This document shows positions 1-24,577 of a DNA stretch of 64,000 nt, one piece after another (position 1 is the first letter of the stretch; each line of letters opens with the position of its first letter). Origin of the DNA: Chlorokybus atmophyticus (taxonomy: Eukaryota > Plantae > Mesostigma and Chlorokybus algae); contig RHPI01003369.1 of assembly GCA_009103225.1 (NCBI GenBank), positions 1,640,017-1,704,016 of the forward strand, in the 5' to 3' direction. The translations under genes were made by a program, and so were the position numbers. The notes under the pieces were generated by a model, which saw nothing but the letters and a program-made list of their open reading frames with translations, had not been told where the DNA came from and ran no database searches.

Positions 1-396
1 TGCTCAAAGGTACAATCCAAATTGTGGCAGCAATAACAGCAGTCACTGCAGCTGCGCATGACACGATGCGTACCATTTCAGTTTGATACTCAAGGGTACA
101 ATCCAAGTTGTAAGTTGTGGCAGCACTGGCAGAGAAAACACTCACGCATGCAGCTGCACATGACAAGACACGAGACAACCCTCTTTCACAACCAAATTGG
201 ATTCAAGCACACAAAACTGAGCTTCAGGTTCAAGGCTCACATCCTCTCGTAACACACCAGTCACACATCCTACGCACGCTTTACAGACTATCTATGCCAG
301 ACGGTCGATCTACTACAGCAGTAGTTTTATTCCAACTCACGCTTTGGACACACTGTTTCTCACTCAAGCCCGCTGTACATTGATACCGTTAATCGC

Positions 397-2495
397 TCAC
401 TCTTTGGCCCAGCCAAAGAAACTGCTGCTCTTGCCTCCTTCCTCCTTGCCACACTCCTTGTTAGCAGCAAAGGCACAGTCCTCGGCTTTCTCAAAAATCT
501 CACAAGCCTTCTTCTCATCGATGTCGAAGACAGTTGCCAAGTAGCCCTCGTGGGTCTTGAGCTTCTTGTACACATTCTCCTTGCCTGGAGGGTACCAGAT
601 ACACATCCAGTGGGTGGGTCAGTGCCTCGTGTGCATGCATGAAGTACTTAACAGGAGACAATGCATCAAGACCCATCAGACAAATCTTGTTGTTCACCCA
701 AATTACCTGCCAGCATTGTTGGCTTGATGCAGGAATCGCCGGCAAAGGTGAGAATCTCGGCATCTTCCTCGCAGTCTCCAATGCAAGCATCCGCGTGCGC
801 CTGCAACGACAGCCAATAAGGCAACCTAGATAACCTGAACTTGCCAATGGCATCGCACAAGTTGAAGAGGTACTTTCAGAGCGTGCATATAACGCTCACA
901 GGTGGAACGATGAACATGTCGCCCTCCTTCAGCTCCTTGCGCGCGACGTTCTCGCCCCTGGTGTTGACCAACTCGAGTTTCATCTTGCCTTTGATCACGA
1001 CGCTGACCGTTGCAACGTTATTCCAGTACTTGGGAAGGCCAATGGTACCCTGCATTCGCACACATTGCAACATCAAGGCAAAATCTCACAACAAGTAAAG
1101 GAGTGGGTGTAGTGTTCACCTTCTTGAGGTGGGTATAAGCTGCAGAGAAGCCGGCCTTCTGGGTTGCGGGCCATGTCTTGTCCATGCAAGCCTTCATGCA
1201 GGACCCGCGCTCCTCAACTAGGCTGGGGAGCTGCTTCAGAGGGCAGACAAAGTACCTCATACCGTCCGTCATCTCCGTGTATGCCTGCGAAACAGCACAG
1301 CAGGTGTTAGACAGCAACTCTTGGTGTCACAGCATAACATGCCTTCCAACATACCTCGTCGTCGTAGCCCTTCTCCTTGCACTTCTTGTCAAAGTCAAAG
1401 CCGATGGCATTGCGCTTCTTCTTCAGCTCCTTGGCCTGGGCATTGATCATCCAGCGCATCAGAGCACAACCTGGGATGCACAAAGTATTGTGTGGCTATG
1501 GCATGACCTCATACCAAGTCCTCATCAATGTCATAAGCGGAAGCCAGCGTCTTGACATCAAAGCCCTTAAGCACGCCCTGGAACTCGAGCTTCTCAGAGT
1601 CACCGGCCAGCTTGAGGAAAGGCGGGTCGGGCAGGTACTTGTACTCCGTTGGTGTGAAGCGCCTGAAGAGTGGGGACGAAGTGTTCTTGTCAATGCACAG
1701 ACAGACGACTGCATGGATGAAGTAACATGTTACGTTACGAGTAACAAGCTGCTTGCAAGGATACTTACGCCAAGCAGACCATGCAGGCCTTGTCTTTGCC
1801 AGGGTTGTAGATGGCATTGGCATGGCCGCAAGGAAGCATGACCAGCTCACCGGTCTTCACGCGGCCCATTGGCAGTGGGAAGCCCTTGAGGGTTGAGCGC
1901 CACTCTAGCTCACCTGAGAATTTACAACATGGCAGTCATGCATGCACATGTGCAGGTGGAGTCACAAAAGTGATCTTGAAGGTGCAAAAGCTGCTGCCCC
2001 AAGATAGCAACCTTCTTTGACGTAGCATGTGTATGCTGCTTCACATGAAGCCGGGAAGTGCACTGCACATGGTTCCACCTCCACGCCGAAGAGGCAGTAC
2101 CCCATCTAGCATAGCAGGAGTTAGTCGAACAACTGAGAGTTTTTAACTCTTGCATGCAATGCAGCAATGGTAGTAGAAGCAGCTGGTGCAGACTTCCGCC
2201 CACAGATCTCACCTCCTTCAGACGCTCATTTTCCAAAGCCATCAGCTTGCCGCCCTTCTCCTCAAGGACCGTCTTGGCCTCCTCCTTGAGGCTCTGGACA
2301 TACTCGCGCTTCCCCTGAAAAGCGCAAGCATCAAACATGCATGCATTGTTGGCACCCAGTGCACAATCACATGATGGAAGGTGGCTGCATGGCCACAGTG
2401 CAGCACGATGTAGCTCAAACCTCTGCGGCTGCTGCGGTTACTGAAGCTCCCAGCAGCAGAACGAAGGCCAGCAGTAGTACCAAACAGCGAGCCAT
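397..2495 (-). CDS. Secreted Cys-rich bicupin, 11S/7S seed-storage-globulin-like (about 10 exons)
   Basis: Exon 1 (2495-2421) encodes signal peptide MARCLVLLLAFVLLLGASVTAAAAE, followed by a GT donor. Spliced exons give cupin 1 (MGYCLFGVEVEPCAVHFPASCEAAYTCYVKEGELEW...GELVMLPCGHANAIYN...VLKGFDVKTLASAYDIDEDL) and cupin 2 (FSAAYTHLKKGTIGLPKYWNNVATVSVVIKGKMKLELV...LKEGDMFIVPP...LAG...). Stop at 397-399. Confidence 0.8.
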
Positions 2496-2621
2496 TGTTG
2501 CCACACACGTAGTGGCTGCACTTGCAAGTTTAAACCAAGGCTAGAACCCCACAAGCGAGCAAATACCAAGAAAGCAAGAAGCCAGCAAGCGCGTGAGGGT
2601 GTAAGTATGAGGCTGGCTTTG

Positions 2622-2627
2622 TTTATA
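2622..2627 (-). promoter_or_regulatory. TATA box of the bicupin gene
   Basis: TATAAA on the minus strand, about 130 bp upstream of the ATG at 2495. Confidence 0.5.
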
Positions 2628-4166
2628 CTAGGCAGAAGAGGACATGAAAAGCGTCACCGCTGCTGTCAAGCTGCTTTTCATTCCTGCTAGTGCTGGAGCC
2701 TGCTGGATGCTTGCAGCCACCTCAGCAGCAAGCTGGGCTGCATGCTGCATGCTGGTGTGGCAGCTGGCGAGGCATGGAGTGCTTTGGCCTGATGACTGGG
2801 CTCGGCTCCAGGCCATCAGGCCATCAGGTGGGCCGCGCCAAGGCATCGCCACGAACTACTACACTTCAGCTGCTGCCAGCAAGTGAAAGACATTTCTGTG
2901 CAAAACCTATCACGTGGTGTCACAGCAGCTGATCAAATGAAGTGACATTGACCTCAATTGCAAGTAGCAAGGGGGATGCAGTGACACACATCTTCTCTGC
3001 ATACCCGGTACACACACACGATTGCTCTACTACGTACATGTACGCACAAACAATTGTGTGTACAAAATGCGGTTGTAGGTGTCAAAGAATGTACACAAGC
3101 ATGTATATATCCTCTTTGTGATTTCATACATCAACATAATTAAAGTGTTCATGGTTTTAAGTTTTGGTTTATGCGGCTACCAGCCGCAAGCTATCAAACA
3201 GCTTGCTGAGTGTAATGTGGCTGAGTGATATGAAATTGCTTTGCTTAATGGACGTCCTGCATATATACAGCTGCACATGGGGACTCTTGTCGCTCATAAT
3301 AGCACACCGGTGTTAGCAGCAACTTATATAAACCTGTCGTAAAATAAACATTATAGACAATAAGTTACACCACATTTCAATATCTTATCATATCATTGCG
3401 TATCTTACAGCGATCACATTGAAGAATATCATTCAATGCATTCAACAATATTTGCAGATATCAGGTATTTAAGCAAGATATATAGCACATTTTGGTTACA
3501 AGCATATGCTCACATTATGTCAAACATGTTTACATACGGTTTTCCATGTAGGATCCTATTTAAGGCTAATTGTTATTACAAAAGGTGGAACATGTATGTT
3601 ATTATTTCGTTGTGATGGCTAGCGGTATACGTAAGCAATGCAGCATGCCTAAATTATACTAATGCCAATTGTATTTTATATGTTACCACAAAACCACCAA
3701 TATATATTTTACATTTTAATTTGTATTCAATTCGAACAATCACTGTCAAAAGTTTTATGCAAATGTAAGGGGGGGGGCGAGGGGGGAGGGCAAAGGTGGG
3801 GGAGGGCAAAGGAAAGGAAAAGACAAAAGTTCATTTGCCAGCTCCGTACGCGCGTTGCTGAAGTCTGTACAATGTATGATATGTGCAAGCCTTGCACATA
3901 TCATTTATGTGCAAGGGCGTTGCACATAAAGATTCGTAATTTTTATCTGTTGCTTGCATACACACCATGCTTATGCATCCAGCAACATTTTATGGTTTCA
4001 TTCAATGAGTGGCAGCTTGCTTTTTATGTTTGTATATTGAAGTTATCATATTGATTAAAACCATATGTGCAAGTTAAATAATTAATAATAGTTTTCACTT
4101 GATCATAATTGCATTGTAATGGTTAATAGTTTGATACTTCCATCTTCAACATCATTACAACTTGAA

Positions 4167-4385
4167 CATGACTCACGTTGAACGTGAGTCATGATATTGA
4201 TTATAACATAAACCAAAAAATAAAGATCACTTGACAAGCTTGTCAAATGGCTTGCTACAATATTGTGTTAAGGCTTGATCTCAGCTATTATGGGCTGCCA
4301 AGCACAGCTCATGTCATCACAATGAAGTCCACTGCCGGCACGTTCAATGCACAGTCATGACGGTGTTCATGTCTCAAGTTGAGAC
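4167..4385. repeat. Three perfect palindromes upstream of CPR
   Basis: CATGACTCACGTT-G-AACGTGAGTCATG (4167-4193), TTGACAAGCTTGTCAA (4231-4246), GTCTCAA-G-TTGAGAC (4371-4385). Confidence 0.85.
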
Positions 4386-4697
4386 TCTGGGTCAACATCC
4401 TTGAAGCTACCAGTACTCACATGCCCGTAGGTGCCCCTACAAATGCCGGCTCAAAAGCTATGCTGATAACGACGGCATTCCGGTAACGAAGAGGCTGCCG
4501 CTGTCCGTGAAGCAAGTTGCGTCACGCAAGTTGCATGCATACGTACAGTTGTACGGCCCACGATACCGTGCATGCGGCGTGCAAGCAACTCCGTGTCGCG
4601 ACGTCAGCTTGCCAGCTGGCACCCACTTAGGGTGTTAAGCGGGCTGCTGTACGCGACCAGGACGGCGGTATTGCCGGGGACGTCACTGGCAGGCGCC

Positions 4698-7496
4698 ATG
4701 GCTACGGGGGGCAGCATGAGCGTGGACATGGAGCTGGCTGCAGCTGGTTTGAGCGGGCTGCTGGGCGGGCAGAAGACGCTGGGCGGGACAGCCTTGCTGG
4801 CTGCCGCCTCCGCCGCCCTGCTGCTTGTCTCCGCCGCCCTGCTGCTGATCCTGCGACGTGGCAGGACGAAGGGCGCCGCACCGGGCAAGAGGAAGGTCGT
4901 TGCAGGCCAGCTGAGTCATAGCGCTCAGGAGCAGGCTGATGAGCAGGAGGACGCAGCTGGCCGTCGACGCGTGCTGGTTCTGTTTGGCACCCAGACGGGC
5001 ACCGCTGAGGGTTTCGCTCGCGTTGTCGCCGACGAAGCGCGCTCTCGGTAAGAGTTTCTGTCCAACGCACGCATTTCTTCAACTATGAGTCTTGCCTCGG
5101 CAGCAGTAGGGGTAACTGCACGATCAGTTGCAAAGATGTAATCGTTGCAACCGATGACAGTGACTGCTCGTTAATCATGCTCAGGCAACAGGCAGCTTGG
5201 CTGCAGTTGTATAGAAAAACGAGTGGATAGTGTGGAACTTGACATCAGCTTCAAAGACAAAGCCGTTTTGCATACAAGCAAGCTTGTTGCTCGCACTAGC
5301 GTGCAAAGAGTTTGCATTTGTAGCATTCCCACCCCAACCCCGAACTGACTGGTAGCACGTATACCGCCCAATTGCTGTTGATCTACTCGCATGCAAGCAC
5401 ATCCGTGCATACAAGTAACATCAGCGCTGTTGTCTGTGAATGAATAGGTACGGTGCACGAGCACGTGTTATGATAGAAGATGTAGAGCACTATGGAGGGG
5501 AGGGCATGAAGTCAATTGTATCCGAGCCAATTGTGATCCTGTTGATGGCCACATATGGCGACGGCGAGCCAACTGACAGTGCGGCAGTCTTCTGCAAGTG
5601 GTTAGAGGGCCAGGCAGCTGCTGCGGATCCGGATTGCGCGCTTCTCGCGCCAACAAGCTTTGCCGTTTTTGGCCTTGGCAACCGGCAGTATGAACAGTTT
5701 AACGCAGTAAGTAGTATTGCCAGCTTCATCATGAGTTAACTGCTGTGAATAGGGTGGTTATGTGTGATGGGTTGGGACAGCTTGTCTTCTGCGCAGGTTG
5801 GCAAGGTGGTAGATGCATCATGTTACAAGCTGGGTGGGAAGCGCGTTCTTGCGCTTGGGCTGGGTGATGATGACGACTGCATAGAGAATGACTTTTCTGC
5901 CTGGTAAGCAAAGTGTGCTGGTTAGCAGATGCTGATGCGTGTGACGGTGTCATTACATGTGGTTGTATTGATCGCGTTAACCTTTGTTAGGCGGGAGAAG
6001 TTGTGGCCAGCTTTGGACCCTTTGTTTGATGAGGAGGATGGGAATGGTCTGCGGAAGTCCTTCTCTGCAGGGCCCGCTGTGCAGACGGCACCCGCCGAGT
6101 ACAAATCCATAGTACATGGGGCAAATCATCCCACAGCGCCTTGCAGATTTTCAACTGAATCCAAGCCGGCAGCCCCTGACCTGCACCACCCTGTATTGGT
6201 ACCTGTTGCGGTGCGCAAGGAGTTGCACACACCTGCTTCGGAGCGATCCTGCGTGCACGCAGAGTTTGACATCCGTGACAGCGGGCTGAAGTACGAGCAT
6301 GGAGACCACATCGGTGTCTTTGCCGAGAATGCCCCAGCCTTAGTTGAAGAGGCAGCCAGGCTTCTTGGCTTGGACCTGGACTTAGTTTTCTCAGTTGTGC
6401 CTCGCGAGGACCAAACAGAGGGCTTTTCTCCCCCATTTCCGTGTCCGTGTACAGTCCGCACCGCGCTCGCACAATATTGCGAGCTCCTCACTCCCCCGCG
6501 CAAGGCGGGGTTGCTGGCCATGGCGGCGCACGCAAAGGACCCTGCAGATGAAAGCCGTCTTCGGTTCCTGGCTTCCAATGAAGGCAAAGATGAGTACTCA
6601 AGATGGGTCGTTGAGGACTTGCGCAGTGTGTTAGAGGTGAGGAGCAGCATACGTACATAATGTGTGCGTTTGCAACAGTCACTGATCCATGGTGCTACAG
6701 GCTCACAAGAGGATTGACTGACTCTGAACATCTGGTTGTGCAGGTTTTGGCTGCCTTTCCATCTGTGCGCTTGCCCTTAGGCGTGTTTTTGGCGTCTGTC
6801 GTGTCGCCACTTCAGCCGCGGTACTACTCAATATCTTCATCATCGCGCATGCATCCCGATAATATCCACGTGACGGCAGCCGTTGTGCGTGGTCCCACAC
6901 CCAGCGGGAGGTTGCATGAGGGCGTGTGCTCGTCGTGGCTGTCACGCGCGGAGCCCGGGACCCATATTGCCCCTGTTTTTGTTCGTTCAACTGCGTTCAA
7001 ACTGCCAAGCGACTCATCAGCACCCATTGTGATGGTGGGTCCTGGCACTGGCTTGGCACCGTTCAGAGGTTTCCTTCAAGAGCGCGCTGCACGCAAAGCA
7101 CAAGGTGTGTCCTTGGGTGAGGCGCATTTGTTCTTCGGGTGCCGGGACAAGTTGAAAGACTACATCTATCAAGAGGAGCTGCAGAAGTATGCGCAAGATG
7201 GTGCTGTGACACACTTGCACGTAGCATTCTCGCGAGAAAAGGGGCGAGAAAAGGAGTATGTGCAGCATCAAATGATGGCGAAAGCTGCAGAATTGTGGCC
7301 TCTTCTATCTCCAAAGGAGCGGGGCGGGTTGGGTGGTCACCTGTATGTGTGCGGTGATGCCAAGGCTATGGCAAAGGATGTGCACAGAGCGCTTCACTCC
7401 ATGGTGCAACAGCAAGAGTGCTGTTCAGGCAATGATGCAGAGCTGATTATCAAGCAGATGCAGCAGGAGGGGCGATACCAGAGAGATGTTTGGTAG
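4698..7496 (+). CDS. CPR: NADPH-cytochrome P450 reductase (5 exons: 4698-5047, 5448-5706, 5797-5903, 5991-6636, 6744-7496)
   Basis: N-terminal membrane anchor; FMN motifs LFGTQTGTAEGFA, ATYGDGEPTDSA, VFGLGNRQYEQFN, GLGDDD; FAD/NADPH motifs LQPRYYSISSS, MVGPGTGLAPFRGF, YVCGDAKAMAKDV; C-terminal RYQRDVW. Splice phases are consistent. Confidence 0.98.
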
Positions 7497-8730
7497 TTGC
7501 GTGCTTGTTGTTTAGGATTGCTGCGTGATTAGCAATTTGTTTGATAGATAAGTAGGCTGGATTGCTCAGGAGGGCGCACTCTAGTGCGCCCGTAGTGTGT
7601 CGGACAACATTTTGGCCATTGCCATGCAATAATACGCGAGAGTGAGAGAGAATGTGTTGAGGGTTTTCCTTCACCCTGTATGCGATGTACACTAGTTATT
7701 GGGCAAACGGGAAGCATAACCATTTCTCAACGAAGGAAGCAGACCCCTTGAATGTTGTACAAAACTTGATTACACCCAAGGACTCTATCACTCCCTTGTG
7801 TTGCCACCTGTGCTTCAGTGTGGCAGGCTCTCGCGTAGTGCTGGTGACCACCGACGCCGTTTGCACTTTTCATTGCGTCTTCTGGTTGTTGGTCGCAGGA
7901 AGGAAACTGCTCATTCAGGGTTAGCACATGATTTGTGAAGCCTCCTCGGGTTGTCAATGACTAGCTTGCTGTTGCCGAGATCCTGACCCAGGGCTAGAAC
8001 AGTTGAGCACAGTAGAGTCGATGTGTTCATAATTGGATGACCAACACTTCACTATAGCTGTGATAGCATGTGCAAAAACGTACGCCCAATTTATGCACTG
8101 CAACAATGTTCATAATTGATGGTGTTATTGCCGAACAGCAAAATGGAGCCACACAGAATTGCAGTCAAACAACAGTTGCAATTGCGTCCTGCTACAACGC
8201 CGGGGCTGTTATACAAGCACCGAGCGAACAAAGATAATAACGCCAGAAGCTGCCAACCACTTGGTGCCAAATCTGGTACATGCTGCAACAAGAAGTTGCA
8301 CCACTTACTATGTACGTATGTATGTGGCTCCTGTACTGTACTACCTGACCTGCTGTAAACCACCACCCCGCCCACGTATTTAATCCTATAGTCAGCTACC
8401 GTCTGCAAATGTCATATCAGCAATGGTACTGCGCCCTCAACATGCCACTGCTGCCCTGCGCCACTGGGTAGACGAGGGCACACCACAAACGCCAGCAGCG
8501 ACTTCAGACTTCTTTACACCTGTGTGCACAAATGCTGCTTTGGTATGCGCGCATATTGGCAATTGGGCATGCTTCCGCCCACTATGCAAAATAATAAACC
8601 CTACCTGCTTCAGTGTGATAATCCCACAAGAGAGTGCTTTCGCTCACCATGGCGCATGCCTGATAAGCTCGTGGGTGTGATCAGGTTGTACTCAATCGCA
8701 AGCACGCTTCAGTTTGCCGATCATGTGTTA

Positions 8731-15785
<7,055 letters not shown>

Positions 15786-15918
15786 CAGGGACAATGAAGC
15801 AGCTTCTGCCCGCAGTAGTCTCTCAATCAATCAAAGAAGCCTCCCCGGACCACAACGCAGACGACTACAACCACACCGCCGCCGCCCCCGCCGTACCAAA
15901 CACGTTGGGTTAGCCAGA

Positions 15919-15937
15919 TTTAGGGTTAGGGTTAGGG
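15919..15937. promoter_or_regulatory. Telo-box / short interstitial telomeric repeat in the NRPC1-mL45 bidirectional promoter
   Basis: TTTAGGG-TTAGGG-TTAGGG between two divergent start codons 301 bp apart; degenerate TTTAGGA/TTAAGG/TTTAG at about 16004-16021. Confidence 0.6.
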
Positions 15938-16086
15938 CTGGGCAGATTTAAGTTTGAACAATCGGGTTGCGACTCCGACCAACGGATCGGGATCGATACA
16001 GCGTTTAGGATTAAGGTTTAGAATGAGTTTACAGCTAATTTGCCACCGCCATTGCTGCCGTGGTCGCTGTGGCCGCCGTTGGCGAC

Positions 16087-18153
16087 ATGCTTCGGCAGGC
16101 GGCACAGCTGGTCGGTGGGCGAAGAGGTACTGTTTCCGGAGGACTTCACATTGCGGAAGGGTTTGTGGCCTCATCTGCCAGCAGCAGCAGCAGCAGCAGC
16201 GGTGGTGGCTGGTTTATCAGTTCGTACCACAGCTTGTCGTCGCCGTCGTTGTCGCCGTCGCCGTCATTGCCGTCGTTGAGGAGACATGACGAACAGATCA
16301 GACTACTGCCTTGGCACATGCAGACCAGGCAGGTGCGGGGCAGTGCAGAGGGACATCACCATCGCATTGCATGCATGGCCAGTCTCTGGAGTGTAGTTAA
16401 GGTGTCATTGGGAACCCGAACCCAGCACAGCCAATGCTGTTGCCCTCATGCATGTACTCTACAATCCTGTTGCATGCATGAGCAAATCACCTTGAGTGCA
16501 ATTCACATCAGATAATTGAGGACAGATAGCTCACACGCAGTAGCTGTTCTCGAGAACAACATAAATACGATCAGCAATTTCACATCATGACAATGACTAC
16601 ACAGATTTGTCATCGTGCTGTTCATCATCATCATCACTCCATACTTGGTTAGTAGTCTGGTGTCGCAGCTCATGTTCATAGTAACTGGTGATGTGGATAT
16701 GTCGCCATGTGCACCACATCTTGTATGCTATGCTGTACCCTGGTGCAGCCTCAATCAATGCACATACCTTCTGAAGTTAAATGTGCGACTGGGATTTGTT
16801 TGTTGTGGTTGTATTAGACTGCGATGTCGAAGTCATTGCGCTTGCTAGTTGCAGCAGGTACTTGACACCCAGTTGCTAACATGCACTATGTGTGTGTAAT
16901 TTGCGCAGAACACTGGCGGCAAGTACCCTCTTGGCTTCAACCCCAAAGCATTTCAGCCTCCGGTTACAAACAAGACTGCGGTAAATATATTTAGTCACAT
17001 AACATTTACGTGTACATGTGTTTGGTAATATACCTGTGTTTCTAGAGAGAGAAAAGGTATGCCTGGTATGCAGTGCATGATTTATATCTGATGGCAGACT
17101 CACTGACTAAGTCTGTTGCTGCGTGCAGAATATTCGAATAGCACAGCGCAGTCCAAACGTCCTTTTTGACCCATACAAGCCACCTGAACCAAAGCTCCCG
17201 TTTTTCTTCAGCTGGTTCACATCAACAGGATGGAAGAGGAGAAAAGACTGGATTCTGGGTTATGTAAGCAAGTTCTCTTGTTCATGTCTTGTGTTGTTTT
17301 GAACAGGTGTTGAAGTGTGTGTTATGGTGCAATCTTGTGCAACAGATGAAGTCAGCGTATACTATAGCACGGTTACGCAAAAACATTCCAGGCTTTAACA
17401 ATAAGGTGTTCAAGGCAGAAGCATCTGATTTGTACAAGCAGGTAAGCTGGCTGCTCGGTTACAACATGACATGAAGCCGGTCTTACTGATAACAGTGCTG
17501 AAGCTGGCTTGAAAGGGAGACGCGTAGTGCTACACCAGTTACACCGTGTGGTCCTTGCGTTCTTGATCAGATCAACTCGGCTCTTGCGCGAGGAGATTTG
17601 AAGGTGCTGCGTGACCTTGTCACAGATACAATCTATGAGGTATCGCACGCATTGAGCAAAGCTTCCAAACAATTGAATCGAAGGAAGATCACTGTGTATA
17701 CTTGTTTACAAAAGGTACTTCTTGTTGTATGGCCACGGTGGTGATAACTGTGGTGATCTGCACAGGACATGAGGCGCGAGGTGAAGAGGCGTAAAGATGG
17801 GGGTTGGACGCGTGTCAGTTGGACACTCATCAACGTGGACATGGTGAAGGTGCTGCAGGGAAGGCTGCTGCAGGTTGAGAAAGACAATGCCGACAACTTC
17901 TTTGGACAGCTCACCGTGCAGGTGAGTTATCGCTTGATGAAATACGCACTGCAAGCTATCACCTGTACACCAACTTGTGGTGACTGGCTTTTAGGTGAGA
18001 AGTCGGCAGAAGTTTGCCGTGTATGATAAGAAGGACAAGCTGGTAGCAGGCAGCCCGGACGAGGAGTTGTTGGTAGACGATTTTTGGGTCCTGGAGCGCG
18101 CAACGCAGCGATTGGATGCGCGCTGGAGAGTTGCAGCTAGGTTGACATTCTAG
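16087..18153 (+). CDS. MRPL45: Mitochondrial ribosomal protein mL45 (Tim44-like domain)
   Basis: Ser/Arg-rich transit-peptide-like exon 1 (MLRQAAQLVGGRRG...). Later exons read DPYKPPEPKLPFFFSWFTSTGWKRRK, MKSAYTIARLR...DLYKQ, INSALARGDLKVLRDLVT and QKFAVYDKKDKLVAGSPDEELLVDDFWVLER...WRVAARL*, matching the plant Tim44-related mL45 pattern. Confidence 0.88.
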
Positions 18154-18684
18154 TCATTGCCACATTGTTGCAGTTCGTTGCGCCTGACTGCATGACGTTA
18201 GCTGCTAGCATGTAAGTCAGCAATGAGAGCATCTCGCTCCCAGTATTCTTGCATTGGCTTGTACCATGGCAATGTTTGCAGCATCCTTGCCATAGGCGAG
18301 TAGGAGGTGTACTATCACCCAAGATGCAATCAGTTGCAAAAGGTTGGTCGGCCATCAACGTCAGTGGCAAACACTGCGCATGCCTGCAGTTGACCATAGT
18401 TGGGTTGAGCGGGGAAGGAGTGGCCGGCCAATAGTGTGCCATCGACAGTGCTGACATCATGTGGCATTGCTTGTGCACACTCTCCTTGTGCATGTGCTGC
18501 AAGCATTGTGCCTGTGTGCATGCTCCAAATGACTTGGCCCATTGCAGATGCCAACAGTACTTGCCACATGTGGTGTAATTTAGCTATGACCGTGAGCGTG
18601 CACATATGACATTGTCCACGGCGACGACGCAGCCAACAATCAACAACAATGAATGGCACTATACATGTCAAACAAGCTGCTTGC

Positions 18685-24122
<5,438 letters not shown>

Positions 24123-24577
24123 TGCTGCCCAGCTCAGTCCTAATGCCAACCACCAATAACTTCAGGCTTAGGCGCTCCTCCGCCTCCTCATTGGCCTCCT
24201 CCTGCCGTCGACGCCCATGCCAGCCTCTACAGCCACTACAGCCAACCACAAGATCAGCAGAGCCAAGACACAGAGCTCCAACGACGACCACGACACTGAT
24301 GACAACAGCAGCAATGCCGCCGCCTGCTTTTTTGCGCGGGAAACATAAAACTAAGCACTGTAAGCAGGGGGACTCGCTATAACGATGTCCTGTGCAATGT
24401 ACTTGCTATAGTGCTGAAGTGTGCCACTGGCGGCGGCAGCAATGGCACATGGTGTCGCTGTGGTAGTTGTTGTTGGCGTCGGCGTGCTTTCGTCAGGAGG
24501 GTTGATTGCTGAAACACAGAGCAGCAGCTGTTCGGTGACGAAAGGGCTTCGACTGCCGCAGCTTCCTTGGTACTGCC

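Noticed and set aside
2735-2760. RY/legumin box (CATGCA x2) upstream of the bicupin gene
   Set aside because: CATGCA is extremely common throughout this window, so two copies carry no signal.
3769-3805. G-quadruplex-like G-tract cluster
   Set aside because: An isolated low-complexity purine tract in AT-rich intergenic DNA with no supporting context.
15919-15937. Telomere or chromosome-fusion scar
   Set aside because: Only three units inside a promoter between intact genes; better explained as a telo-box.
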